Position numbers and translations under genes: made by a program. Below are positions 1 to 10,407 of a stretch of 64,000 bases of DNA, piece by piece. Source of the DNA: an uncultured Acidobacteriaceae bacterium (GTDB lineage Bacteria > Acidobacteriota > Terriglobia > Terriglobales > Acidobacteriaceae). Below the pieces are notes generated by a model. It worked only from the letters and a program-made list of their open reading frames with translations. It did not search any database and was not told the DNA's origin. The DNA lies in contig CAVSQQ010000008.1 of the NCBI GenBank assembly GCA_963730135.1, forward strand, positions 291,500 to 355,499, read 5' to 3'. Within the stretch, counting starts at the first letter, position 1. Each line of letters begins with the position of its first letter.

Positions 1-1347
1 CGAGTCACCATTGCTCCGATACTGCCCTACAGCGAGAAGGCTATTTATGTGGAGGGACACGTCGTCCGGCCCGGCAGGTTTGCCTATCAAGACGACATGA
101 AGCTCAACGATGTGCTTCGCTCTTATCAGGACTTATTGCCGGAGCCGGCAGATCGAGGCGAGATTATTCGTCTGATGCCTCCCGATTTGCGACCTGTGAC
201 GATCGACTTCAATGTTCCAGACGTATTGGCCGGTAACGATCAGATCCGTCTTCAACCGTTCGATACCATTCGCATTCTTGGGCGATACGACGCGGATGGA
301 CCGAAGGTTCAGGTGCATGGAGAAGTGCTCCACCCAGGATCCTATCCGCTTTCACAGGGCATGACCGCGGCGCAGCTCGTGCGAATGGCCGGCGGGTTCA
401 ACCGCAGCGCCCTGCTCGATGAAGCCGACCTGGCTAGTTACGAGATTAAGGATGGCAGACAGGTGCTAAGCCGTAGGGACACGATCAACATTGGTGCTGC
501 GGTTAACAACCCAGGTTCAAATGCGGATGTCGTTTTAAAACCTGGGGACGCGCTGACCATACACCAACTGTCGGGGTGGAATGACATTGGATCCTCCGTG
601 ACGATCAATGGGGAAGTTACCTATCCGGGGCCCTATGCGATACAGGAAGGAGAGAGATTGAGTTCCGTTCTCAAGCGTGCCGGAGGGTTTCGAGCAACAG
701 CCTACCCTGCCGGAGCGGTTCTTGTCCGCGATCAGGTGAAGGAGCTTGAAGACAAGAGCAGAAATGAACTAATTCATCAGATTGAAACCACCTCAGCCGG
801 TGCAAGACTTGCTCCAAGCCTCTCCGCACAAGATGATGCTGCAACGTTACAGCTTCTTATTCAGCAACAAAAGGAAGTTGTAGAACGATTGCGCAATCAA
901 CCTGCGATCGGGCGTCTCGTCATCAAAATTAGTACCGACATAGCGAGCTGGGAAGGAACACCTGCCGACATTGAATTACGTCGTGGGGATGTCCTTACCA
1001 TTCCCAAAAAACCGGGCTTTGTTCTCGTAAGCGGTCAGGTATACAACGCATCGGCAATTACCTTTGTTCCCGGCAAAAATGCCGGCTGGTACCTCAAACG
1101 CGCTGGCGGAAGCACTGAGGGCGGAAATATGAAAGAGGTTCTTGTGATCCGCGCCAATGGCCTGGTCGTTGGCCGGCGATCTGGTGAATGGTACGATTCG
1201 GGCGTTCTGGAGACAAAGCTTGAGCCTGGTGATGTCGTTGTCGTACCTCAAAAAGTCTTTGGAGGGTCGGCACTGCTGAGAAACCTGTTCGCCTCCGCCC
1301 AGATACTCTCCTCGGTTGGATTCGCCGCTGCTCTGGCATTGCACTGA
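1..1347 (+). CDS. SLBB-domain polysaccharide export protein (Wza/KpsD-like), 5' truncated by window edge
   Basis: Repeated SLBB units (VHGEVLHPGSYPL, INGEVTYPGPYAI, VSGQVYNAS...LEPGDVVVVP); the frame is open from base 1. Confidence 0.85.
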   Translation, partial: RVTIAPILPYSEKAIYVEGHVVRPGRFAYQDDMKLNDVLRSYQDLLPEPADRGEIIRLMPPDLRPVTIDFNVPDVLAGNDQIRLQPFDTIRILGRYDADGPKVQVHGEVLHPGSYPLSQGMTAAQLVRMAGGFNRSALLDEADLASYEIKDGRQVLSRRDTINIGAAVNNPGSNADVVLKPGDALTIHQLSGWNDIGSSVTINGEVTYPGPYAIQEGERLSSVLKRAGGFRATAYPAGAVLVRDQVKELEDKSRNELIHQIETTSAGARLAPSLSAQDDAATLQLLIQQQKEVVERLRNQPAIGRLVIKISTDIASWEGTPADIELRRGDVLTIPKKPGFVLVSGQVYNASAITFVPGKNAGWYLKRAGGSTEGGNMKEVLVIRANGLVVGRRSGEWYDSGVLETKLEPGDVVVVPQKVFGGSALLRNLFASAQILSSVGFAAALALH

Positions 1348-1482
1348 TCCTATGTATCTTAATCTTCCGTCACTCTCCGATTCTGGTCTCTTTGGCAGTG
1401 CTGTGACGCAACTCTCTTGCGTCACACGCTGGAGAGATCCCGATGGTCAAAGTGATCAAATTCCTCCATCCTTTGCAGTGAG

Positions 1483-2784
1483 GTGTTGCTGATGCGAACA
1501 GACTCACTCGAGCCAACCCCTCAGTTGGATAAATATGATTACACCGCGGTGCCAGCGGGGAAAGTGACATGGGTTGAAAACGCGTCACTGTTGTGGGACT
1601 CACGGAAAATCATCATTCGTGTTAGTGCAATCGTATTTGTGCTTAGCATATTGTTTGCGCTGTCCTTACCGAAGGAGTACGTCTCCGGAGCGCGCATTAT
1701 GCCTCCGGAACAGGCAGGCTCTAACGCAGCGATGCTTGCTGCATTGGTCGGTAAAGGTGCAGCAGGAGGAGGAGCAGGAGGGTTAGCTGGCCTGGCAGGG
1801 AGCATACTGGGCGCAAAGAATAATGGCGCCTTATTTATTGATCTGCTGCGCAGCGGTACGGTGACCGGCCATCTCATAGACCGATTTAATCTGCAGAAGG
1901 TTTATCACACTCGCTATCGTCAGTCTGCCGCCAAACGATTGGCACATTTGACCAAGATAACCGAGGATGCCAAGAGCGGCGTCATTACGATTGCTGTCAC
2001 AGGCGAAACTCGCGAACAGGCACGTGACCTCGCGCAGGGGTACCTGGATGAGTTGAATAACCTCGTCGCCAAAGTGAACACGTCTTCCGCGCACCGTGAA
2101 CGTCAGTTCATCGAACAGCGTCTGAAGACCGTTCAGACGGAACTCCAGCGTGCGCAAGTGGACCTAAGCGACTTCTCCAGCAAAAACACCACCATTGACA
2201 TCAGAGAGCAGACCCGCGCCACGGTGGACGCAGGAGCGAAGCTTGAAGGTCAACTGATAGCGGGAGAGTCCGAACTCGACTCGCTACGTCAGATTTATGG
2301 CAATCAGAATGTGCGAGTCCGCGCAGCACAAGCGCGAAATGCCATTCTTCGGCGGGAGTTGCAACGAGCCAATGGACAGGGCGTATCCGGCGCGGATGAC
2401 GCGATGATTGATGCCAGCCATCCCTACCCAGCCTTACGCCAGCTCCCGCAGCTAGGCGTTCAATGGGCCAACCTGTACCGCAACGTCCGTATACACGAGA
2501 CTGTCTTCGACTTGCTTTCGGAGGAATATGAGACCTCTCGCATTGAAGAAGTAAAGTCTATTCCGACAGTGAGCGTGATCGATTCGCCCGAGCTTGCCGA
2601 AAGAAGGTCCGGGCCTCATCGAACATTAATCGTCCTCATCTCCACGTTCCTTTCCGCAGTGATAGCTTCGATATTTCTCCTGGCGAGGCGCTCGTGGCGG
2701 GCGTTGGATGTTGATGATCCACGGCGCATACTAGCCGCACACATACGAATGACGATCTTTGATCGAAGACCTCGTTCACTATGA
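1483..2784 (+). CDS. Polysaccharide chain-length determinant / co-polymerase (Wzz/GumC-like), no tyrosine kinase domain
   Basis: N-terminal TM, long coiled-coil periplasmic region, C-terminal VIDSPELAERRSGP plus TM; EPS context. Confidence 0.8.
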   Translation: MLLMRTDSLEPTPQLDKYDYTAVPAGKVTWVENASLLWDSRKIIIRVSAIVFVLSILFALSLPKEYVSGARIMPPEQAGSNAAMLAALVGKGAAGGGAGGLAGLAGSILGAKNNGALFIDLLRSGTVTGHLIDRFNLQKVYHTRYRQSAAKRLAHLTKITEDAKSGVITIAVTGETREQARDLAQGYLDELNNLVAKVNTSSAHRERQFIEQRLKTVQTELQRAQVDLSDFSSKNTTIDIREQTRATVDAGAKLEGQLIAGESELDSLRQIYGNQNVRVRAAQARNAILRRELQRANGQGVSGADDAMIDASHPYPALRQLPQLGVQWANLYRNVRIHETVFDLLSEEYETSRIEEVKSIPTVSVIDSPELAERRSGPHRTLIVLISTFLSAVIASIFLLARRSWRALDVDDPRRILAAHIRMTIFDRRPRSL

Positions 2785-4238
2785 GACCGACAAGGATAAA
2801 TTGGCGCATGAGGTTCCTCGACTCTCAGAGCCGGGTGATGAGCGGCGCCGGCGAGCGGGGGCATGCGAATGCTTTTTACGGCATAGCCGACTACGTGGCG
2901 TTGCCCTTAGGCATGCTTCTCACAGCGCCATTTCTTCTACGACATTTGGGGGCTGCTCAATACGGTGTCTGGATCCTGGCAAGCGCAGCAGTGAGCAGCG
3001 GCGGGCTTATCTCCGGAAGTTTTGGCGATGCCAACATCAAATACGTCGGGGAATGTCGCGGTCGACGAGACTGGCAAGGTGTCGTACGAATTGTGCGCAA
3101 CATGCTCTCGATCAACATTGTTTTGAGCGGTCTCCTGGCCATCCTGCTGTGGTGTTTGGCTTCATTCGCGACGCGTCACATCATCAAAACCGATTTTCAG
3201 TTGCAGATGATCTGTTTGCAATCGCTGCGCATTGGTAGCGGACTGCTCTTAGTCAAATCGATTGAAAGTGTTTTTAGCAGCACGCTGCGGGCCTTCGAGA
3301 CGTATGGATCGACCGTTCGCATTGCCATCTCTTCACGCTTTGCAATCCTCGCGGCTGCTGTCGTCCTGGCAGAATATGGGCGCACAGTCTCATGGATTAT
3401 GGTCGCCACGTTGCTAATTTCGACCGTAGGCGCACTGGCACAAGCGTTGGCTTTGCGAAACCAGATAGGAAACTTTTCGCCAATACCGTCATGGCACCGC
3501 GAGACGATATCGAATGTAGCCGCGTTTGGAACCTTCAGCTGGGTTCAGGCTATAGCCAGCGTCGTCTTTAGCCACGCGGACCGATTTATCGTTGGGTTTT
3601 TTATGGGTGCGTCAGCCGTCGCATACTACGGCCTTTGCGTACAGATTGCCCAGCCAATTCATGGTCTGATCTCTTCCGGAATGAATTTCTTATTCCCTCA
3701 TCTCAGCGCTCGCTATTCCATCGCACCAATCCTCGAGATACGACGGAAAATATCTTTGGCGCTCAAGATAAATGTGGGAGTTGTCGCCGCGCTTTCATTG
3801 CCCGTCCTTATCTTTGGCAAGCACTTTATCGCAATTTGGATAGGAGCGTTTTTTAGTCAGAAGCCGCCTCTCGTATTTCCACTGATCGTCTGCAGTTTTG
3901 CATTGCTTGGGTTGAACGTTACCGCGCACTATGCTCTTCTTGCCGCTGGGCAAGTGAGAGTTGTGACTTATCTGAACCTTGCGGCTGGAATTGTTATGTT
4001 GATCGTTGCGATGAAGCTAATTCCTGCTTATGGTTTGCAGGGAGCAGCGTTGGCAAGAATCGTCTACGGGCCGATTACCTGCCTGGCGTACTTTCAACTT
4101 TATAGGATTATCTGGCGGCCGGGACCGCACGCAATCCTGCCGCAGCCGACAATATTTCCAGCGTCAACAACAGCCGGCACAGAACAGTTATCCCTTGTGA
4201 CCGCCTCTGCGGACACGCAGGCCCGCAGAGTATCGTAG
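2781..4238 (+). CDS. Oligosaccharide flippase (Wzx/MATE-like)
   Basis: Many hydrophobic segments; LGAAQYGVW and ADRFIVGFFMGASAVAYY motifs. Confidence 0.85.
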   Translation: MRPTRINWRMRFLDSQSRVMSGAGERGHANAFYGIADYVALPLGMLLTAPFLLRHLGAAQYGVWILASAAVSSGGLISGSFGDANIKYVGECRGRRDWQGVVRIVRNMLSINIVLSGLLAILLWCLASFATRHIIKTDFQLQMICLQSLRIGSGLLLVKSIESVFSSTLRAFETYGSTVRIAISSRFAILAAAVVLAEYGRTVSWIMVATLLISTVGALAQALALRNQIGNFSPIPSWHRETISNVAAFGTFSWVQAIASVVFSHADRFIVGFFMGASAVAYYGLCVQIAQPIHGLISSGMNFLFPHLSARYSIAPILEIRRKISLALKINVGVVAALSLPVLIFGKHFIAIWIGAFFSQKPPLVFPLIVCSFALLGLNVTAHYALLAAGQVRVVTYLNLAAGIVMLIVAMKLIPAYGLQGAALARIVYGPITCLAYFQLYRIIWRPGPHAILPQPTIFPASTTAGTEQLSLVTASADTQARRVS

Positions 4239-4247
4239 TACCCCTTT

Positions 4248-5090
4248 ATGACATGCGATCCATTCATATCCGTGGTTACGCCGTCCTTCAATCAGGTGAG
4301 ATTCATTGAAGATGCCTTGCAAAGTGTCCGACTTCAGAATTACGCAAATCATGAACATCTGGTGATCGATGGCATGTCAACAGACGGCACGCCTGATCTT
4401 CTACGCGATCTCACCGAAAAGCAAAAACAATCCGATCTATTTTGGGTTTCAGAGCGGGACAGTGGTCAGAGTGAAGCTTTAAATAAAGGATTCCGGCAAG
4501 CGAAAGGAGAAATTATCGGCTGGCTGAATGCTGATGATCGCTACCGTGCCGGCTGCTTTGACCACATAATCCAGGCCTTTAAAGAGAATCCGGAGGTTGA
4601 TGTTGTCTACGGGGACTATCTGATGATAGATGAGTTAGGCCGGCCTTTGAAAATTAGGCGAGAGATCGAATTTAGCTCCTTTATTCTTCTATACCACCGC
4701 GTCCTTTACATTCCGACAACCGCAACTTTTTTCCGTCGCCGAATATTTCAAGAAGGTAACTGGCTCGACGAGCAACTTCAATATGCAATGGATTTGGAGT
4801 TTTTTATCCGCTTGTCGGCCCGTGGTTATCGTTTCAAGCACATCCCTCATCTTCTTGCCGATTTCAGACTGCAACCCGACAGTAAGACGTGCAGCTCTCC
4901 ACACAGGCAGAAAATGGAACATCGACAAGTTGTAATCGCCGCCGCACCCATTCTCCGCCGCCTCAAATCTCAGCGCGTGAAAGCGGCTGCACTCTCTCTC
5001 TTTCGGCTAATGGCTTGTGCAAAACGATATTCGGAAAAACTGCTGAGAGGTTATTACTGGGAGCAGTTACGTTCGAACAATCGGGCCTGA
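4248..5090 (+). CDS. Glycosyltransferase family 2
   Basis: ISVVTPSFNQ, IDGMSTDGT, GQSEALNKG, WLNADD motifs. Confidence 0.92.
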   Translation: MTCDPFISVVTPSFNQVRFIEDALQSVRLQNYANHEHLVIDGMSTDGTPDLLRDLTEKQKQSDLFWVSERDSGQSEALNKGFRQAKGEIIGWLNADDRYRAGCFDHIIQAFKENPEVDVVYGDYLMIDELGRPLKIRREIEFSSFILLYHRVLYIPTTATFFRRRIFQEGNWLDEQLQYAMDLEFFIRLSARGYRFKHIPHLLADFRLQPDSKTCSSPHRQKMEHRQVVIAAAPILRRLKSQRVKAAALSLFRLMACAKRYSEKLLRGYYWEQLRSNNRA

Positions 5091-5108
5091 CCGGCAGCAT
5101 ATACCTGT

Positions 5109-6245
5109 ATGAACGTACTCATTACGGCACTTTCCTCCTCAACGAGCCCCTCAGGGATATGTCGTCACGCTCATAATCTTGTACATTGTGCCGTCAGCCG
5201 TAGGGAGACTACGCAAGTCACCTTGGTTCTGGGCAAGTGGCAGGAGACCTATTTCCGCGATCTATTTAAATTGGAACATCCAAAGCTAAAAGTCATCCCG
5301 GTCAACATTGCGAACGACGCATTTGCCAGGAACCGATGGTATTTACAAGAACTACATAAAATTGCCGCCTATACAACTGCCGATATAGTCCATCTTTCTT
5401 TTCCTGTTCCAATTCTGCGTCGAGCTCTCAGATGCCCTGTAGTCGTTTCACTGCATGATCTCTATCCGTATGATGAGCCGGACAATTTTGGGTTTCCGAA
5501 GGTTTTCTTTAACCGAGTGTTTCTCAATAAGTGCCTGAAGGAGGTCGACTCGATAGCTTGTGTGTCCGAGGCCACCTTATCCGGACTAAAAATGAGGTTT
5601 CCGCGATTTGCTCATAGAAAAGCCGTCGTAGTACACAACTGCGTCACCGTTTCTTCCAGCGAAGTTACCGTGCCAACGTTCGAAAGCGCCCCGTTTATGT
5701 TGATGGTCGCAGAGCATCGTGCGAACAAAAATATTCTCATGGTGTTTAAGGTCTTCAGAGATCTTCTGCAGAAGGGACAAGTCGACAAACATACTGTCCT
5801 GGTCGTCGTAGGCCGCCAGGGCTCTGAAACAAATGCTATCCAATACTTCATACAACGAGAGGCGTTTGAAAAACGTATCAAGCTGATAGATGGAATCTGC
5901 GATGGGGAACTGAAGTGGCTTTACGCACATTGTGCGGTCCTGATAGCGCCGTCCTCAACGGAAGGATTCGGTCTTCCGGTAATTGAAGGACTGCTGTGCG
6001 GCAGCCGCGTCGTCTGTTCCGACATCCCAGCTTTCCGCGAAATATGTGGAAGTGCCTGTCACTATTTTGATCTGCATGCTGAATCGGGCTGGTCCGCGAT
6101 GTCTGCAGCGATCTGTAAGGCGCTCGCTGAGCCGACTAGCCCGCCGCCGCAACTTGAGCGATTCTCCGTAGCAAATATTGCGAAACAGTATGCCGATCTC
6201 TATATCAGGCTACGAGAAGATGCCCTAGAAATGCCTTCGAGATGA
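5109..6245 (+). CDS. Glycosyltransferase family 4
   Basis: SLHDLYP, EGFGLPVIEG, SDIPAFRE motifs. Confidence 0.9.
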   Translation: MNVLITALSSSTSPSGICRHAHNLVHCAVSRRETTQVTLVLGKWQETYFRDLFKLEHPKLKVIPVNIANDAFARNRWYLQELHKIAAYTTADIVHLSFPVPILRRALRCPVVVSLHDLYPYDEPDNFGFPKVFFNRVFLNKCLKEVDSIACVSEATLSGLKMRFPRFAHRKAVVVHNCVTVSSSEVTVPTFESAPFMLMVAEHRANKNILMVFKVFRDLLQKGQVDKHTVLVVVGRQGSETNAIQYFIQREAFEKRIKLIDGICDGELKWLYAHCAVLIAPSSTEGFGLPVIEGLLCGSRVVCSDIPAFREICGSACHYFDLHAESGWSAMSAAICKALAEPTSPPPQLERFSVANIAKQYADLYIRLREDALEMPSR

Positions 6246-7057
6246 CGACGACACAGTTAGCGACGCAGCCGCCCGAGCAGGTCAATGTGTTAGGAACAGG
6301 GGTCCATTCCGTCAATAGGCGGAGTACCGCCTCTATCCTTGAGGCACGAATCAGAGAAGGGACGAAAGCCTATATATGTTTGGCGGGCGTCCACGGGATT
6401 ATGGAAGCTCAACGAAGCACCAGACTCAAGTTGATATTCGCCAATGCTTTTCTCGTTTTGCCTGATGGAATGCCAACGGTGTGGATGGGACATCTACAAG
6501 GGTTCCGCACAATGGAAAGAGTCTTCGGTCCCGACTTGATGATCGACATCATGAGTCGAGCAGAATTTAGCAACTGTTCTCACTTTCTCTGTGGCGGAGA
6601 ACCTGGAGTTGCTGAGAGCTTGCGCAACGCTTTGTTACTTCGATTTCCAAATCTAAATATTGTAGGAACTTATTCTCCCCCATTTCGAGAGATGACAGAA
6701 ATGGAAGAGACGGAACTGGCAGCCAAGACGCACGCACTAAAGCCAACCATAATTTGGGTGGGGCTAAGTACGCCAAAGCAGGAGCGCTTTATGGCGCGCT
6801 ATCTGCCATTGCTGGATACAACGCTGATGATCGGTGTCGGCGCCGCTTTCCTTTTTCATACCGGCACGATTCGAGACAGCCCCGCCTGGGTCAAGCGGAT
6901 CGGCCTGCAATGGTTTCACCGGCTCTTGCAAGAGCCGCGGCGGCTGTGGAAGCGATACGTCTTCAACAATCCGGTGTTTGTCGTGACGGCTGTCTTACAG
7001 ATCCTGGGGCTAAGACGTTACACGCTGCAGGCCGCGCGGGAGCGGCCTCAATCCTAG
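6242..7057 (+). CDS. WecB/TagA/CpsF family glycosyltransferase (GT26)
   Basis: LPDGMP, RVFGPDLM, VGLSTPKQE, GLQWFHRLLQEPRRLWKRY motifs. Confidence 0.92.
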   Translation: MTTTQLATQPPEQVNVLGTGVHSVNRRSTASILEARIREGTKAYICLAGVHGIMEAQRSTRLKLIFANAFLVLPDGMPTVWMGHLQGFRTMERVFGPDLMIDIMSRAEFSNCSHFLCGGEPGVAESLRNALLLRFPNLNIVGTYSPPFREMTEMEETELAAKTHALKPTIIWVGLSTPKQERFMARYLPLLDTTLMIGVGAAFLFHTGTIRDSPAWVKRIGLQWFHRLLQEPRRLWKRYVFNNPVFVVTAVLQILGLRRYTLQAARERPQS

Positions 7058-7099
7058 TTTGTCCGTGTTTTTATCTCCGACGTTGTTGTTAGGAAATCA

Positions 7100-8017
7100 A
7101 TGAGCAATTCAGAGGTATCAGTTGCAACTTCGCCAGCCGAGGCCTTGGCCGCCTCAGAGACCTACGTGTATCCATCCTCCTGGGACGGCACGTCTAGCCG
7201 TGCATTCCAGACTAACTCGAAAGTTAAGAGTGACTCCTCCAACTGCGGAATAGCGGAAGTGGAAGGGACGACACAATCAAGCGATGTGAGCGCCGGAAGT
7301 GCACAGGCCCATGCGCCAAAGGTCCGATCATGGGAGCCCGCATCAACCGACTACGGCCTTTGGTTGCTCCACGGTTATTCCACGCGGCAACAATATTGGG
7401 CGCGTCTTCGATGCGTGCCACAGGCTGGTGTACATCGCGACATAAGATACTCACCTGAGTTAGTAAAACGAACCTGCGACGTGGCAGGATCGCTGCTACT
7501 CCTGGTCGCGCTTTTTCCCTTATTTGTCTTTATCGCAGCAGTAATCAAGATTGATTCTGAGGGGCCGGTATTCTTCCTCCATGACAGAGTGGGTAAAGGC
7601 GGCAGGCATTTTGTGCTGTGGAAGTTCCGAAGCATGCGGATGGATGTGTCGAAATATGAGACCTCTCCCCAAAGCACCGTCGATCCACGCCTCACCCGAG
7701 TCGGTCGATGGATTCGCCGAATGAGCATCGATGAAATACCACAACTCATCAATGTTCTAACCGGAGATATGAGTCTTGTTGGGCCGAGGCCGGAGATGCC
7801 CTTCCTCGTTGAACAGTACCATTCGATAGAAAGCGAAAGACTTGCCGCTAGGCCCGGAATAACCGGCTTGTGGCAAATTAGTCCTGCGCGTGCCTTCCCA
7901 ATTCACGAAAATCTGCAATACGATCTTCACTATGTTCGGAACCAGAATATCGTGTTGGATTGCGCCATTATTCTGCGAACGATAACCGCGGTTATTCACG
8001 GAGTGGGCGCCGTATAA
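7100..8017 (+). CDS. Undecaprenyl-phosphate sugar phosphotransferase (Bac_transf, priming GT)
   Basis: KRTCDVAG, KFRSM, DPRLTRVG, DEIPQLINVLTGDMSLVGPRP, RPGITGLWQ. Confidence 0.92.
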   Translation: MSNSEVSVATSPAEALAASETYVYPSSWDGTSSRAFQTNSKVKSDSSNCGIAEVEGTTQSSDVSAGSAQAHAPKVRSWEPASTDYGLWLLHGYSTRQQYWARLRCVPQAGVHRDIRYSPELVKRTCDVAGSLLLLVALFPLFVFIAAVIKIDSEGPVFFLHDRVGKGGRHFVLWKFRSMRMDVSKYETSPQSTVDPRLTRVGRWIRRMSIDEIPQLINVLTGDMSLVGPRPEMPFLVEQYHSIESERLAARPGITGLWQISPARAFPIHENLQYDLHYVRNQNIVLDCAIILRTITAVIHGVGAV

Positions 8018-8060
8018 AATTACGTTAAGCTTTCGGTGGCAATGCCACTCCGGCTCCGCC

Positions 8061-10193
8061 ATGCTCATGTCTCCAGGTAAAGTTGCGAGCCACGCAAGTG
8101 GGCATAGATCTGCCATCTCTGCTTTTCAGTGGAGAGTGACCGCAGAATGGATACTGATTGCATTACTGGCGACATATTTCGGAGTTCACACTTTCCCGGC
8201 CTCATGGAAGACGCTGAACACCGACTTTCCTAACTACTATCTGACAGCGCGCCTGAGCAGGGATGGAACCAACACTTCGCGAATCTACGAATGGCTCTGG
8301 CTACAGCGTCAAAAAGATCATCGCGGAATCGATCAGCGCTTCGTCGGGTTAGTCGCCGTTACTCCGTTTTCAGCGCTCGCCGTCTGGCCCCTGGCCGCGA
8401 CCCCGCCGCTGACGGCGAAGCATTACTGGCTGATTATCAATCTCGCTTTGTTGGTGGCGATCGCTATTTTACTTAGGCTGTTTACTCAGCAGCCATGGCG
8501 ACATATCCTTCTTGTGGCAGCTCTCAGTGTGCCGCTGAGCAAGAATTTTCTTTTTGGCCAGTACTACATCCTCCTTCTCTTCGTCTTAACGCTTGCTTGC
8601 TGGTGCTATGTTCGGCAAAAGCGTTTCCTGGCTGGCCTTCTAATTGGTCTGGCGTTCGGTTTGAAGCTTTTTCCATTGCTCTATCTGGGATATTTTGCAC
8701 GCAAACAAGATTTCAAATCACTCGCAGGTGGGATGATTGGCAGTCTCGCTGCCGTGATCGTCTCTATCGCCGTGTTTGGCAGTCGTGCGAATCAGGTCCT
8801 CTTCAGTCAGGTTTTGCCGTGGGCTCTGCGCGGCGAAGGGCTGAATCCATACGACGTATCCAGCGGCTCTCTTACTACATTGCTGCATCGGCTCTTCATC
8901 TATGAGCCACAGTGGAACCCTCATCCGTCTATTCACGCAGCGTGGGCCTTTGCAGTCCTCCTGCCATTGCTCCAGATGCTTTTGTTTGCCCCTGCGCTGT
9001 TGCTTGTCGAACCCGGCAACGCCAATCGCGAACGGCTGCAACTGGAGTGGGCCGGCGTTCTCCTGGCCAGCCTTGCTATCTCCAGCGCGCCTGCCAGCTA
9101 CCACTTTACCCTTCTGATTCTTCCCGTGTGTCTTATGTGGGAGACGGTCCGGAATCGTGCCGGCCGGATCGGTACCGTTGCATTTCTGCTTCTTTATGCG
9201 GCAATTGGATACCCCGGGTGGAAGGCTATCGGAATGAGGTCTTCATGGACACTATTCAGCGTTCCGCGATTGTATCTAGTCGTGCTGTTATCTTTCGTCG
9301 CCTATTGGTTACTGCTAAAGCAAAAGCGCTACGCAAAACAACATCGCGCTACGTGGATATGGGCCGGAGTGTTTGTACTCATCGCGTCTGTCAACATTGC
9401 ATCAGGGCTACACCATCAGAGCGGTCTGTACGCGGACTATCAATGGCGGCTTCCAGTCGCAGAGAACATGTTACAGGCCAACGGTCCCGCAACCCAGACT
9501 GACACGATACTCTTTGCTGCGATGACGCCCTCGGGCTTCCGCACCGCCGCTCAAGAAAGCAACGGCATCTACTTCGACACCGCCGATGTCGATCAACTCG
9601 CAGTGACCGCGACGCCGGCCGAACGATGGACAGAAAATGTCTCGCGGGACTCGACAATTGTTTCGAGCACACCAGGCAGAGATGTGATTCAGCACGCCGA
9701 ATCTCCCGTGGCATCCTTCGATGGCCGATGGCTTGCCTACCTTCGCGAAGAACGTGGACGCGCCACCCTCTGGATTCGCGCGCTCGATCAGCCCGGCAGC
9801 AGCGACAAGAATGTCACACCGAATGACGTAGACGTGTTGGAGATGTCGTTTCTGCCGAATGGGTCCCTCATCTTCTCCGCGGAAGTCAAGGGTCAATATC
9901 CCCGTCTTTTCCTCGTAGATCAGACAGGGACCGTCAGTTCATTGGGCCCGGACGAGGCCCGATATCCCGCCGTCTCTCCCGATGGTCATCGACTTGCCTT
10001 CAGCCAGTTGCAGAATGGCAACTGGCATCTGTCGCTTCGCGACCTTCAAAACGGCCAGACCAGCCGCCTCACTCAGGCCGACTGCAATGACGTAGAACCG
10101 GCATGGGCATCGGATTCAAAGACGCTGATCTACGCCAGCGACTGCGGACGAGCGCTTCGATTCACCGCGCTTTGCCGCCGTCGCCTCCCCTGA
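8061..10193 (+). CDS. GT87-like (GT-C fold) membrane glycosyltransferase fused to C-terminal TolB/PD40 beta-propeller repeats
   Basis: NTDFPNYY, FLFGQYY, GLKLFP in a multi-TM N-half; ASFDGRWLAY and VSPDGHRLAFS repeats in the C-half. Confidence 0.75.
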   Translation: MLMSPGKVASHASGHRSAISAFQWRVTAEWILIALLATYFGVHTFPASWKTLNTDFPNYYLTARLSRDGTNTSRIYEWLWLQRQKDHRGIDQRFVGLVAVTPFSALAVWPLAATPPLTAKHYWLIINLALLVAIAILLRLFTQQPWRHILLVAALSVPLSKNFLFGQYYILLLFVLTLACWCYVRQKRFLAGLLIGLAFGLKLFPLLYLGYFARKQDFKSLAGGMIGSLAAVIVSIAVFGSRANQVLFSQVLPWALRGEGLNPYDVSSGSLTTLLHRLFIYEPQWNPHPSIHAAWAFAVLLPLLQMLLFAPALLLVEPGNANRERLQLEWAGVLLASLAISSAPASYHFTLLILPVCLMWETVRNRAGRIGTVAFLLLYAAIGYPGWKAIGMRSSWTLFSVPRLYLVVLLSFVAYWLLLKQKRYAKQHRATWIWAGVFVLIASVNIASGLHHQSGLYADYQWRLPVAENMLQANGPATQTDTILFAAMTPSGFRTAAQESNGIYFDTADVDQLAVTATPAERWTENVSRDSTIVSSTPGRDVIQHAESPVASFDGRWLAYLREERGRATLWIRALDQPGSSDKNVTPNDVDVLEMSFLPNGSLIFSAEVKGQYPRLFLVDQTGTVSSLGPDEARYPAVSPDGHRLAFSQLQNGNWHLSLRDLQNGQTSRLTQADCNDVEPAWASDSKTLIYASDCGRALRFTALCRRRLP

Positions 10194-10407
10194 CTAAATA
10201 AAAATCCACACCAACCTGTTAAAGACGGGAGGGAGCCCCCTGCGCGTTAATTTGCAAATGTCTCTAAGATGTCAAAGCCTTGTCATTTGATGATATGAAT
10301 CAATTACTTGCGATAATTCCTTGGCAAAGCAGGCTGGGCACCTATATAGAATGGACTAAATAATGAGTCGCGGGCTCGATATCCACGATTCTTCCAAGAG
10401 GATAACC

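Noticed and set aside
4130-4238. Extended flippase C-terminus as possible read-through
   Set aside because: Low-complexity tail ends 9 bp before the next gene; no evidence of a lost stop without ortholog comparison
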